Shown here: positions 1-13,272 of the stretch, one piece after another
Numbering within the stretch: the first letter of the stretch is position 1
How the letters are laid out: each line of letters opens with the position of its first letter
From: Mobula hypostoma
Lineage: Eukaryota
Assembly (NCBI RefSeq): GCF_963921235.1
Contig: NC_086097.1
Coordinates: 19,904,001-19,968,000, forward strand
Reading direction: 5' to 3'
DNA: 64,000 nucleotides
Notes under the pieces: model-generated
The model's input: the letters and a program-made list of their open reading frames with translations, nothing else
Databases searched by the model: none
Told to the model about the DNA's origin: nothing
Program-made: the position numbers and the translations under genes

Positions 1-377
1 AGTGACCTGTGAACCTTGCTCATTCTCTAGAGTGCCCTTGAGAGAACAGTTGGGGCTCTTGGCAGCCGCTGTGTGGGAGGTGCTCCCACAGTGCTGCTGG
101 GGAGGGAGAGGGTTACTGCCATATGCACAAGTGCGTGCATGCACAGGTGGGTTCCAGATTCAGACGCAGCACAATGAGGGAGCGGTGATGTTTTTACACA
201 TGACAGAAACCTGTACCGAGGAACTACAGATGAGTCCACTGTGAGTCCATTTATTGACCCAGGTCAATAAATTCTGCACAGGATGGCAGGCTGGGTCATG
301 TCAAGTCAAGTTTATTGTCATGTGCACATGTACTGGTACAATGAAAAGATTGCTTACAGCAGCACCTCATGCATATA

Positions 378-469
378 TAGTACTGTGCAAAAGTCTTAGG
401 TGTATATATATATATAGATATATACAGTATATATATAGCTGAGGTGCCTAAGACTTTTGCACCGTACTG
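378..469. mobile_element. Small Tc1/mariner-like MITE
   Basis: Inverted termini AGTACTGTGCAAAAGTCTTAGG / CCTAAGACTTTTGCACCGTACT around a (TA)n core. Confidence 0.6.
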
Positions 470-1729
470 AATTTGTCAACGTGGAGCAGAAAGTGAGTTT
501 GTAAATCTGGCAGGAGCAAAGCTTGCTGGGAAGGGTGGAGTGCCATAGGGGCACACACCCAGCCCTGAGACACTAAGCAAGGTTATTTGATTCCAAATAA
601 TTGGTTTATTAATCATTACAGAATGTATCACTGGCGCTTCCCACTTGGTCCTCTCTCCCCTCCCCTGTTTCCTCTCCCTGCCCCCTTCCCAATCTCAGTC
701 CACAATAGAGACACATATCGGAATCAGGTTTATCATCGCTCACTTTCTGAAGTCAATGATTAGCTCCTTGAACTTGCTGATGTTAAGCACGGGGATTAAT
801 GTTTGATTTAAGTCTTTCCATGCTTTTCATCGTCTCACCCATCGCTCAAAGTTGAGAGAAAGTACTTCAAAGTTCACATGTCCATTTCGTATTGGAGCTA
901 ACAAAATCAGGAGTGCAGTTTTATTGGCTCTAAGTACATGTTCATTCTCTGGCTCCTCACTGATTTGTTCTTGTTATTGTTTGTAGGATCAATTGTGCCT
1001 TGCTGGGATCTAATTCACAATTCTGTTCAGAATCAGGTTTATTATCACTGAAAAATGGCATGAGAACACTGTTTTGCAACAACATAAAAATACTATACAT
1101 TACAATAAGAAATATTTAAAATCTATAAGTTGTGCAATAGGGAACAAAGTAGTGAGGTGTGTCTTTGGACCATTCAGAAATCCGATAGTGGAGGGGAAGA
1201 AACGGTTCCAAAAAAGTTGCATGTGGGTCTTCAGGCTCTACCTGATACTAGTAATGAGAAGAGGACATGTATTGATTTATTGTTGCTACGCTTTCCAAAA
1301 TACAATAAAAATCTTTTGTTTTGCATGTCATCCAGACAGATCATGTCAAACATAATTACATCGAGGTAGCGAAAGAAAGCAAAGTGCAGAATGCCCAACA
1401 GAGTGGCTGTGGTGTCAGAGAAACTAGAGTGCAGGTAGATAAGTAAGATGTAAGATGATGAGAGGTCCATTCAAGCATCTGATACAGAAAGATAGAAGTT
1501 GTCCTTGGGCCTGGTGGTACCTGCTCTCAGGCTTTTATACCTTCTGCTCAATGGGTTTATCAACATTCAAACTGATCAGATTGATAATAAACTTCTGTCT
1601 TGTTTTAACGGGCAATTACCACATTCCTCACAAATAAGGACGTTCACGCATAGGAGCTTGCCCACTGGGAGTGTGCTTTTAGTGCTGGCATCATCAATGG
1701 AAGGGAGAACCATTAGGGTAGGATTCATT

Positions 1730-2110
1730 AGGGAGTGAGAAGGAGAGGGCGAGGGAGAGGGAGATGGAAAGAGAGTGAAAGGGAGGGGGGAGAGAGAGAG
1801 TGAGAAGAGAGAGGGGAGGGGAGAGGGAGTGAGGGGGTAGGGAGAAAGAGGGAGGAAGAGGAGAAAGGTAGAGAGAGAAGGGAAAGAGAGGGTAGAGAAG
1901 GGAAGACAGAGAGGGAGAGAGAGGAGGGGAGAGAGAGGAGGGGAGAGAGAGGGAAGGGGATAAAGAGGGAAGGGGAGAGAGGGAGGAGAGGGGAGAGAGA
2001 GGGAGAGGGGGAAAGAGGGAGGCGAGAAAGAGAGGGGAGGGGCGAGAGAGAGGGCGAGTGGAGAGAGAGAGGGAAGGGAGAGAGAGAGAGAAAACAGAAG
2101 AGAAGAGAGA
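1730..2110. repeat. Purine-rich (GA) low-complexity tract; resumes at 7313-7470
   Basis: Almost pure G/A; the ORF 1728..2261 is a Leu/Ser/Pro artefact. Confidence 0.9.
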
Positions 2111-3049
2111 GATATTCCATGTGATCTAGCTCACTGGCTACCTTATTGCAGATGGTATAAGGAACTAGATGGACTTTGTGAAACTTAGAGGTGGCATTTA
2201 TATTTAATACTATTTTACCCTTGATACGTTTGAGTTTTCCAATACTATCCTTGAATACCATTGCAACACTATCCAGTATCTCCCTTAATTCATTTTCAGT
2301 TAACTATTGCAGGGGATGTGGCATGCAAATGGTGGATGAATCTCCAATCAAATTGTAGATGTCCAAACCAATCTTGACTGCACAACGCTGGCCCTTTTGT
2401 TTCTACCACATACAAACCCAATGTTGCTTGTGGTTGTCGTATTTGATTATTACGAATGTCATACCCACAGGCATTATCTTTTCTCCAGTATAAGTTCTTA
2501 ATTGGGTATCTGCAGACTTCAGTTCAGTGTCTTGGAAATGCCATTCAAACTCATTTAGTGGAATGGTTGAAGCAGTTGTGCCAGTGTCCAACTCCATTTT
2601 AATTAATTTGCCATTCATTACGCCATACTACTTGTTTCTTGATAGATTTCACTTTGTAAGTCTCAGGGCCACCAGTCCTCTGTCACTCTCGTGCATATCA
2701 GCTTTTTCATCAACAGTATGCAGATTAGAGCTCTTTCTGAAACTGTCACTTGATTTTTTAAATCTTTTTTTCCTCCCTATGCAATCCATCTATTTTTGTC
2801 TGCCCGACATGCCCTTTGGATGTGTCCTACTTTGTTGTATTTTCGGCAAGTTTCGCTTTTAAACCTGCATTGGTCTGGTGTACCCTGCCACAACGGTAGC
2901 ACAATTCGTTCAGCCAGACATTGTTCACGTACACTTTCATTCTTGACTGCAACTCAATTGCGTCATTGTCTGGTGCTTTCATTGATACAGCAATTTCAAC
3001 TGGTCTTTTAAATGTAAGCGGTGCTTCAGTTAGGAACAGTTTTTGAATG
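2111..3049 (-). mobile_element. Decayed Gypsy retrotransposon: gag C-terminus, zinc knuckle, aspartic protease and start of RT
   Basis: LCYRCGRVH knuckle; MELDTGT protease motif (ORF 2403..2618); continues the gag at 6480-6900. Confidence 0.8.
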
Positions 3050-3898
3050 ACGAATAATCTCTTTTTGGGCTTCCAGCCAGGTACAGGTATTGCTTCTAAC
3101 CGATGTTTCGATGACAAACTCTGCCATCTTCTTCAAGGATGATGCTGGGGCAAGTCAATCTGGCGGTATTTATACCTCTGTATTCCATCCCTCCTGATTG
3201 GTTAGTCCTCATCCAATCAGGTTTCCGCTCTCCCACCTTGTTTACAATCGAATTCCAGTTCTTACTTAGTGCAAGACCTTCCTCTTTGTTAAAATTCTTT
3301 TCTTCTAGTTTTATTTCGATTGCTTCTTTTACCAGGTGGTCCCAAAAGCCATTGGTGAGGCACAGTAGTTTTGTGCCGTTGAAGTCAACCCTGTGGCCAT
3401 TGCGAATACAAAGTTCTGCTACCATCGATTTCTCCGGGTAACCCAAACAGATTCACCTCCTGTGCTTCTCGATGCGGGTTTCCACGTGCACCCGGTCTGT
3501 CCGATATACTCTGCTCCGCATTTATACGGAATCCTGTAAACGCCAGTGTCCCAGGTCATTTTTGACCCGCATGACTTGAGCTTCCTTATGGGGTTGTGGG
3601 TGGTATTAGTCCTGTATTTCTTCAGAATCCTGGCAGTCATTCCAGAAATCGTGGAAATATAGTGAAGACAGGCAGTAGCGACGGGTTCTCCACATTGTTA
3701 GGTTTTTTGTCAGCTCTTTTAAGGGCCTGATTGATTTCCTTCACCTTGTAGCCACTCTGTAGGAATGTTATGTGTAATCGTCTTATTTCAATTCATAATG
3801 GAGATGGAGAAGAATGGTTGCCTCCGGTTCCTGGGCATTCTAATACAACGGAAACCGGACAGTAGCCTCAGACATGGAGTCTATCACACAGACTTACA

Positions 3899-5852
3899 AA
3901 CAAGAAAAAATCTGCGGATGCTGTAAATCCGAGCAACACACACAAAATGCTGGAGGAACTCAGCAGGCCAAGCCCCCATCTATGGAAAAAAGTACAGTCG
4001 CCTTTTCGGCCCGAAACCCTTCAGCAGGACTGGAGAAAAAAATGCTGAGGAGTAGATTTAAAAGGTTAGGGGAGGGGGGAGAAAGAAACACCAAGTGATA
4101 GGTGAAATCTGGCGTGGGGGGAGGGATGAAGTAAAGAGCTGGGAAGTTGATTGGTGAAAGACGCAGAAGGACATGGATGAAAGAAAGAAAAAGGGGGAGG
4201 AGCACCAGAGGGAGGTAATGGGTGAGCAAGGAGATAACATGAGAGAGGGACAAAGGGTTGGGAAATGGTGAAGTGGGGGTGGAAGCATTACTGTAAGTTT
4301 GAGAAACTGATGTCCATGGCCATCAAATTAGATGCTACTCAGATAGAACAAGACCATAAGACATAGGAGCCAAATTAGGCCATCTGGCTCATCAAGTCTG
4401 CTCCGCCATTCAATCATGGCTGATACTTTTTTTTCTATCTCCTCCTCAACCCCAGTTGCCGGCATTCTCCCCGTAACCTTTGATGCCATGTCAAGAACCT
4501 ATCAAGCTCTGCCTTAAATACACCCAACGACTTGGCCTCCACAGCTGCATGTGGCAACAAATTCCCCAAATTTACCACCCTTTGGCTAAAGAAATTTCTC
4601 CGCAGCTCTGTTTTAAAAGGGCGCCTCTCTATCCTGAGGCTATGTCCTCTAGTCCTGGGCTCACCCACCATGGGAAACATCCTTTCCACATCTACTCTTT
4701 CTGGGCCTTTCAACATTCAAAAGGTTTCAATGAGATCCCTCCTCATCCTTCTGAATTCCAGCAAGTACAGACCCAGAGCCATCAAACGTTCCTCATGTGA
4801 TAACCCTTTCATTCCTGGAATCATCCTTGTGTGCAATTCCTCTGGTCCAGGTGACTTATGTACCTTTAGGTCTTTCAGCTTTTTGAGCACCTTCTCTCTT
4901 GTAACAATAACTGCATCCAATTCTCTTCCTTCACACACTACAACATCAGGCATATTGCTAGTGTCTTCCACAGTGAAGACTGATACAAAATACACATTCT
5001 ACTGACGATATACAGGAGGCCACACCGGGAGCACTGAACTTTCTGATTTCCACAGGGATCGCTCCCTTGTCCATTGACTCCTTTGTCCATTCATCCCTCC
5101 CCTCTGATCTCCCTCCTGGCACTTATCCTTGCGAGTGGAAAAAGTGCTACACCTGCCCCTACACCTCCCCCCTCACTGCCATTCAGGGCCCCGAACGGTC
5201 CTTCCAGGTGATGTGACACTTCACCTGTGTGTCTGTTGGGGATCATACACTGTGTTCGGTGCTCCCGTTGTGGCCTCTTGTATATAGGTGAGACCTGAAG
5301 TAGGTTGGGACCTTCGCTGAGCATCTACGTTCCATCTGCCAGAACAAGCGGATCTCCCAGCGGGTGCCATTTTAATTCCACTTCCCATTCCCATTCCAAT
5401 ATGTCCATCCATGGTCTCCTCTGCTGTCGGGATAAGTCCACACTTAGGTTGGTGGACAACACCTTATATTCCGTTTGGTAAGCCTTCAACCTGATGGCAT
5501 GAATATCAATTTCTCAAACTTCTGGTAATGCCCCCCACTTCACCGTTTCCCACCTCTGTTCCCTCTCTCACCTTATCTCCTTGCCCACCCATCTGGCGCT
5601 CCTCCCCCCTTTTTCTTTCTTTCATGGCCTTTTGTCTCTTTCACCAATCAACTTCCCAGCTCTTCATCCCTCCCCTTCGAGCTTTCACCTATCACCTTGC
5701 ATTTTTCTCTCCCCTCCCCCCGCCTTTAAAATCTACTCCTCAGCTTTTTTTTCTTCAGTCATGCCGAAGGGTTACGGCCTGAAATGTTGACTGTACTTTT
5801 TTTCCCATAGATGCTGCTTGGCCTGCTGAGTTCCTCCGGCATTTTATGTGTG
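3899..5852. mobile_element. Penelope-like element, family B, with inverted arms, nested in family A
   Basis: 15-bp TSD TCACACAGACTTACA at 3884-3898 and 5853-5867; decayed GIY-YIG (IRCSRCGLLYIGET) at about 5250-5300; terminal repeat in opposite orientations at the two ends. Confidence 0.8.
4351..4996 (-). mobile_element. CR1 LINE fragment (internally deleted, 3' end)
   Basis: KSPGPE and TRGHSLRI...RRNFFSQRVVN motifs in ORFs 4717..4995 and 4435..4716. Confidence 0.85.
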
Positions 5853-6479
5853 TCACACAGACTTACATCTTAACAATAACAGCCATCATGGGGGTGGGGG
5901 GGTTCTTTCTGCTTTGAGTCTCCCTGAGTAAATAAGACATATGCGAGCCAAAGGTGACCTGGGACTCAGGTTGGCTGGTGTTTACAGGATTCCCTGTGAA
6001 AGCAGAGCAGTGTATATTGGCCAGACTCGATGCACGGTGGAAACCCACATCAAAGAGCACAGGAGATGTATCTGTTTGGGTTACCCAGAGAAACCGGTTG
6101 TAATTGAACGCTGTATTCACAACGATCATTGGATTGATTTCGACAGCACAAAACTACAAAGGCTTTTGGAACCGCCTGGTTAAGGAAGCCATTGAAATAA
6201 AACTAGAGGAAAAGGATTTTAATAAAGACAAAGGATGAAGTAAGGACAGGGACTTGATTGTAAATAAGATAAGAGAGCAGAAAGCTGATTGGATGAGGAC
6301 TAACCAATCAGGAGGAACTGAATACAGGGGTATAAATACCATCAGACAAGACTTGCCCAGGCATCATCCCTGAAGAAGATGGCAGAGTTTGTAATCAAAA
6401 CGTCAGTTATAATCAATACCTGTGCCCGGCTGGAAGCTGAGAAGAGCTTATTCCGCCGGGAAAGCAGTAGATCCTTTTT

Positions 6480-7312
6480 CAGTTTTTGAATGCTTTCTTG
6501 TATGATTCCATAAACTAAATGATCTCTCAGCGCAATTTTAAGCCCATTACTGAACTGACAATGCTCAGACAGAATCTTCAAATCAGCCACATATGCTGAA
6601 ATGGACTTCCCTTCCTTTTGATTCCACTTATGAAACTTACGGTGATCTGCTTTCAACAATGGTTTCAGTTCTAAATGTTCCCACATTACTTTCACCATAT
6701 CAGCAAAGCTAGTTTCTGCTGGTTTGGTTGGAGCAGTTAAACTTCTAAGCAAACTTTATGCTTTTCCACCAGTTGCACTCACAAAAGCTACCACTTGCTT
6801 CTCATGAGCTATTTCATTTGCTTTAAAATGCTGCTCAGTTTGCTCAGTTACCAATGAGCCAGTTATCTGTTATGCAATCGAATATGTTTATCTTTCTGAT
6901 GTAGCCAGCCATTTCTGCCCTCTTACTTACTTATTTATTATTATTATCATCTGGTACTCACTGCTTATGATCCCCTGAATTTGTCTTTTTTCTGCTTTTT
7001 TTAAAACTCAAACATCTCGCTGTGCTTCAACAGATAGTTATTTTGAGTTCATTTAAAATGTCCTCAATTGTTCTGTAACTCCAAAACATAAAACTAGCCA
7101 AAATTAAAAACACAGTGAGACTGGGAGAACACGTACGCTTCGTTTCATTACTTTAGGCAAGGCACTCACTCATGACGTGGTGGCATGGTGACATAAGCCA
7201 TTCACGTATGTTTACATATAAACTGAAATGAATTAAGTAAACAAGCAATGCTTAATCAAACAATATATTTACAATATTATTCAAATATTACTGAAATGTT
7301 AAATACACAACA
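6480..7312 (-). mobile_element. Gypsy 5' part: LTR (about 7069-7312) plus gag N-terminus
   Basis: TG...CA-bounded 244-bp segment; gag-like ORF (NQKEGKSISAYVADL...LRDHLVYGI); joins 2111-3049 once the Penelope insertion is removed. Confidence 0.75.
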
Positions 7313-9059
7313 GAGAGAAAAGGAAGAGAGGAAGTAAGAGGAAGAGAAAAAAGATAAGAGGGACAAAGAGAGGGATAGGGAGGAGGAGTGGGAGAGAGAA
7401 AGAATGGGGAGGGAGGGATAGTGAGAGAGACAAAGAGGGAGAGGAGGAGGAGAGAGAGAGAAAGAAGGAAGCCCCATTTTTGAGAGACTGCCAATAGAAT
7501 CAGATCAGAATTGAATCAGTTTTATTAACACTGACATATGTTAAGAAAGCTGTTGTTCTGTGGCAGTAGTAGAGTGTGAAACACAAAAAAAATACTGTAT
7601 GTTACAATAAATAAATAATAAACAAACAAACAAATAAATAAATACAGAAGCGGAACAGTGAGGTAGACACAAGAGATTCTGCAGATGCTGAAAATCTTGA
7701 GCAACAGCAATAAAATGCAGGAGGAACTCTACAGGTCAGGCGGCATCTACAGAAGGGAATAAACAGTTGATGTTTTCGGGATAAGACCCTTCATCAGGGT
7801 GCTTCACCAAATCAGTGAGGTGGTGTTCATGGGTTCATAGACCATTCAGAAATCTGATGGTGGAAGCAAAGAAGCTGTTCCTAAGTACTGAGTATGGGTC
7901 TTTGGAATCCCTAACCTTCTCTGTGATGGTAGTAATGAAAAGAGGGCAAACGACATTACCTCAGTAAAACACTCCAGTGTCAGCACAGTTTTTTTGTGCT
8001 TAGGTCTGATATTCTCTGCAACAATCTGGAACAACTCTCAGAGATAAGAGATTTTTGTTGGAAATTTTCAGTCCCTCCAATATTTTCCTTTTCAGTTCCG
8101 GGCCATTGCTCCAGATCTCCAGTTCCAAGCACCATGCAACCCTGCTCACAACAGTGATCTACATACTGTATATAAGATTAAATGAGTTATTCAGCTTCAG
8201 GAAACATGCAGAAAAGGCCACCAGTTACTCAGTCTCCACAGGTACACAGTCACTCCCTGTTGATGTCAATAAGCAGGTAAGTCCTTCTCATCCACAGTCC
8301 CGGAAGTTATCGGTCTACATTTACATTAAACTCAGAAGTTTCATCATTGCAATCTAACATCCATCATCAAAGATCTTCACCATCCAGGACACGCCATCTT
8401 CTCACAGCTGACAGTAGGCAGGACATACAGAAGCCTGAAGTCCCATACTACCAGGTTCGAGACCATCCAGTTTCTGAGCCAATCTGCACAACCCCAATCA
8501 CTACCTCAGTTAGCAACATTACAACCACTTTCACAACTTTCCACTATAGTGGACTTCCTTTCTTTTGTTCTCATTGGGGTTTTATTTACTTTTGTATACC
8601 TTAGGTTTACTTTACATTTTTCTTATGAAAGTTATGTATCTGAGGCTATGTGCCTGTAATGCTGATGCAAGTAACCACCTATGCCTACATGGACTTGTAT
8701 ATATGACAGTAAACTCAAATTAGTCTCAGAATCCATTTCACTATCACTGACATATGGCATGAAATGTGTTGCTCTGCATAAAAACTACAACAAATTACAA
8801 TAAGAATATAAAATAATAAATAGTGCAAAAAGGGAGCAAAATAGTACGGCAGTGTAATTGAGTTTATGGACTGTTCAGAAATCTGATAGTGAAGGGGTAG
8901 AAGCCTTCACTATCATTCCTAAAACTTACAGTATCTATCATCAAGCTCTTGTACCTTCTCCCTGATGGTAGTCATGAGAAGAGGGCATGTCCTGGATGAT
9001 GATGGTCCTTCATGATGATTAGAATAAATATATTAGTAATCGAATAAACAACTAAACTA

Positions 9060-9525
9060 ATTCCGTCTGACTATGCTCTGCCCATTTCCTCCAGTTCATT
9101 CACTTTCATGTGCCTAAGTAAACATCTTTTAAAAATCCCTAATGTATCTGCCTCTACCACCAGCCTAGGCAGGGCATTCCAGGCATCCACCACTCTGTGT
9201 AAAAAACTTGCCCCTCAAATTTCCTTTGACCTCTCACCTTAAATTCATGCCCTCTGATTTTAGACACTTCAACCCTGGAAAAAAAGATACTCTGTTTACT
9301 CCATCTATGCCTCTCGTAATCTTATAAATGTCTGTCAGATCTCCCCTCAGCCTCCACCTCTCCAGAGAAAACAACCCAAGTTTGTCCAACCTCTCATCAT
9401 AGCACATGCCCTCTAAACCAGGCAGCATCCTGGTAAACATCTTCTGCACCTTCTCAAAAGCCATGACATCCTTCTTATAATGGGGTGACCAGAACTGTAT
9501 GTAATACTCCAAATGCGACTGAACT
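9060..9525 (-). mobile_element. CR1 LINE 3' fragment
   Basis: QFWSPHYKKD...LFSLERWRLRGDL motif. Confidence 0.85.
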
Positions 9526-9529
9526 AATT

Positions 9530-10645
9530 ATAGAACCTGGGCCCCTGAACCTACCTCTGCAATTGGATTCTTAACTTCCTAACTAGAAGACCACAATCTG
9601 TGCGCATTGGTGATAATATATCCCCCTCGCCGATGATCAACACTGGCGCACCTCAGGGGTGTGTACTTAGCCCACCACTCTACTCTCTCTATACCCATGA
9701 CTGTGTGGCTAGGCACAGCTCAAATACCATCTATAAATCTGCTGATGATACAAGCATTGTTGGTAGAATCTCAGATGGAGGTGAGAGGGCGTACAGGAGT
9801 GAGATATACCAGCTAGTTGAGTGGTGTTGCAGCATCAACCTGGCACTCAATGTCGGTGAGACCAAAGAGCCGATTGTGGACTTCAGGAAGGGTAAGACGA
9901 AGGAACACATACCAATCCTCATAGAGGGATCAGAATTGGAGAGGGTGAGCAGTTTCAAGTTCCTGAGTGTCAAGATCTCTGAGGATCTAACCTGTTGTCA
10001 ACGTATCAATGCAGCTATAAAGAAAGCAAGACAGCAGCTATATTTCATTAGGAGTTTGAGGAGATTTAGTTTATCAACTAAAAGACTCAAAAGCTTCTAT
10101 AGATGTACCATAGAGAGTATTCTGACAGGCTGCATCACTGTCTGGTATTGGGGGGTGGGGGTCTATTGCAAAGGACTGAAAGAAGCTACAGAAAGTCATA
10201 AAATTAGCTCCATCTTGGGTTCTAGCCTCCGTAGTACCCAAGGCATCTTCAAGGAGCAGTGCCTCAGAAAAATGACATCCATTATTAAGGACCCCCATTA
10301 CCCAGGACATGCCCTCTTCTCATTGTTACCATCAGGTAGGAAGTACAGAAGCCTGAAGGCACACACTCAGCGATTCAGGAACAGCTTCTTCCCCTCTGCC
10401 ATCCGATTTCTAAATGGAGGTTGAACCCATGAACACTACCTCACTTTTTAAATTTTAATACATATTATTTCTGTTTTTGCACTATTTTAAATCTAGTCAA
10501 TATCCATATATATACTTACTGTAATTGATTTACTTACTTATTTTTCCCCCCTTCTATATCGTCCTGTATTGCATTGAACTGCTGCTGCCAAGTTAACAAA
10601 TTTCACGACATATGTCGGTGATAATAAACCTGATTCTGATTCTGA
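9530..10645 (+). mobile_element. Rex1/Babar LINE 3' portion (RT remnant, ORF 9600..10424)
   Basis: [15 protein letters not shown] and RLYF-like motifs; tail AATAAACCTGATTCTGATTCTGA. Confidence 0.85.
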
Positions 10646-12339
10646 ACTAGAGTTCTACAAAGATACACAAGCTCTCCATTATTTCCCCTCTGAGTGTAGT
10701 TGTGAAATTGTCCCCGATTAGTAGTGCAACTTGCTCCCCTCTTTTATCTCCCTCTCTATCTTTTCTAAAACATCAAAACCCGGGGACCATTCCTGTCCTT
10801 CTCTTGACCAAGTCTCTGTAGTAGCTACAACAGAACAGTTTCATGTATTGATCCGTGCTCTAAGTTCATCACCTTTACCAATGATACTCCTAGCATTAAA
10901 ATACACACACTTCAAACTATCCACCCCATTGTATCTGTTACTTTGCTCCTGCCTGTTTTCACTAGCTCTGACATCTACCTTCCTCTCCATAGCTCCACTT
11001 TCTGGCCTGGTGCTCTGGTTCCCATCCCCCTGCCAAATTAGTTTAGGCATCACCTTTTGAAGATGTCCTTGTTGGTAGGGAGGCGAGTGCCCATGATGGA
11101 AATGGCTGAGTTTACTAACCTCTGCAGCTTCTTCTGCTCCTATGCACTGGTGCCTCCATACCAGACTATGATGCAAACAGTCAGAATGGTCTCCATGGTA
11201 CATCATTTGCTAGAGTCTTCAGTGACATGCCAGATTTCCTCAAATTCCTAATTTAGTTTTGACTTTGACCACCAACTGTATCTCCCCAGCCTCTGTTGGA
11301 GTCGCTCCTCCCTATCTCTATAATCACAAGAATCTGTCACTACCCAACACTTTTCTCAAACTTTCTTCTCACAGCGATGTACATCTCCTCCAACAAGCTT
11401 CCTGCTTTGGGAAATGGGTCAGCTTATGGTGACCCCAGGCCAGAATCAGGTTCACCCGAACCTCAGTAGTCAAGCTGCAATATGCAAACACTGCTTGTGT
11501 TTACTCAAACTCAAAGGCTGAGCCCCAAGCCACTTCATTGAAGCCCAAGAGAAGACTGCCTTATGGTCAGCATCCATGAGGCAAAGGTCCTCCACTAACT
11601 TGCCACTGTTGCACCACACTGGCCTCCAACAGTAAAGGCTCATGTGAACTTCTGGGTAACAAGAATTACGCATCCTGGTGAAGACAAGTATCATTATTTA
11701 AATTCATCTTCACCTTCCATGGACCAGCACATCCTTTGGACAATTGTGGAAAAGATGCTTGAAGATCGAGACCTTGGAGAGCTGCCACCAACTCCCAGAT
11801 CTACTAAACATTGGTGATCTTTTCCCATATACGTATGTCTCAGACTACAGGTAAGTCACAATAAAAGATACCTCTGTAAATTCTCCAAATTCATTGTAAG
11901 GACAGATGAACCTAGTCTGTATTGTCTCCCAGGCCAACATCTCTGTGACCCTATTTACTAATGTCATTTGATGTAGCGATGTTCAGTTAACTCCTTATTC
12001 CTCTCCCTAGATGCTGCCGGACCTGCTGAGTTCCTTCAGCATTTTGCTCTGGATTTCCAGCATCTGCAGGATCTTTTGTGTTTCTCCTCTACTTTGCCTG
12101 AGACTAGCAGCCTGATGCAAATGAGAGTGGTACAACACATGGTCCCTGTTACACCGCTATAATCAGCTAAATGCAATGGCTTGCTCTAAAAGTGATGCAA
12201 CATCGAGGTATATGGTGGGTATTCTCAGTTTTAGCATTTTAGCTTTGACTAAGCAGATGGCAATGCATTCTCAAAGCTTAGTGTCACAGCTAGGCTGGGT
12301 ATTAGTTTTAGTTTTCTTGCTCCTTTCCCCACAGACCAG

Positions 12340-12580
12340 CCCTAGTTCCACATGCTAAGTCAAGCAAGAGATGCATAGCTGATGAAAAGTGAGTTTGCCA
12401 ACAAGTGCTTTCTCATGCATTTTACACAAAGGCCTGTTTTCTTGCCCGCCTCTTGACATTGCTTAATTAGGCGAGGAGTTGATTAATTTGCTGTAATTGA
12501 CAGCTAATTAATTCCCGGAGAATGATTGAATGGACATCCGGCTCAGTCCTTTGCTCCAGAGGTCAGCCAATGGGCTGGTG
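12340..12580. promoter_or_regulatory. Candidate conserved non-coding enhancer
   Basis: TE-free; TAATTA 12464, TAATT 12484, TAATTGACAG 12494, CTAATTAATT 12504, SOX-like ACAAAG 12426. Confidence 0.5.
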
Positions 12581-12676
12581 TACTTGCTGATTCCGGATCT
12601 CCAGCTGCGTGGGCCCAGGCCAGTCATCCATTTCCATCTGTTACTTTCTACTGAAGTGACAGATCCAGCACCAGGC

Positions 12677-12830
12677 AACCCTCGCGCATGTAACACCGTG
12701 CTCCTGAAATGGGAGCCCACTTCACCACGGCCGCAGGTGTAGGGCTGTGCATGTAACCCTCACGCATGTTAACACCGTGCTCCTGAAATAGGAGCCCACT
12801 TCACCACGGCCGCAGGTGTAGGGCTTTGCA
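12677..12830. repeat. Tandem duplication, 2 x about 78 bp
   Basis: AACCCTC..CATGT..CACCACGGCCGCAGGTGTAGGGCT starts at 12677 and at 12755. Confidence 0.9.
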
Positions 12831-12963
12831 CAAATTTTCAGGGGACAAGGAAGAAAGGGAGTGAAAATTAAAGGGGACAGAAGGGAGGAGTGCAGGCTTG
12901 TGAATTCTCAGGAACCTTCTGGTACTCACTCCCAGATTCCAGAAAATGCTGTTGAAGAATGCG

Positions 12964-13027
<64 letters not shown>

Positions 13028-13037
13028 GCACACACAT
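12964..13037. repeat. (CT)n(CA)n microsatellite
   Basis: Read directly from the sequence. Confidence 0.95.
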
Positions 13038-13272
13038 ACAGTGCCGGAGGAACTCGGCAGGTGTGGCAGCATTACGGAGAGGAAATAAACAGTTGAAGTT
13101 TCAGGCTGAGACCCCTCATCAGACTTGAAATGTCAACTGTTCAGTCCCCTCCATAGATGCTGCCTGACCTGCTGAGCTCCTGCAGAATATTTTGTGTGTT
13201 GCTCAGGATGTCCAAGCAAATGCAGAGTCTTTTGTGTTTATGACGCCCCCTCAAGCATGCAGCTCTGGAACC

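Larger units (their letters stand above)
3050..6479. mobile_element. Penelope-like element, family A, with inverted terminal arms
   Basis: GIY-YIG motif GVYRIPC...YIGQT on minus (about 3050-3560) and on plus (about 5940-6479); RT C-terminal remnant 3790-3898; 13-bp TSD CAGTTTTTGAATG at 3037-3049 and 6480-6492. Confidence 0.85.

Noticed and set aside
1728..2261. 177-aa Leu/Ser/Pro ORF (similar cases at 43492-44173 and 7277-7494)
   Set aside because: Translations of low-complexity purine/pyrimidine tracts.
11280..11960. Possible old Tx1/L1-like fragment
   Set aside because: Too decayed to support a call by eye.
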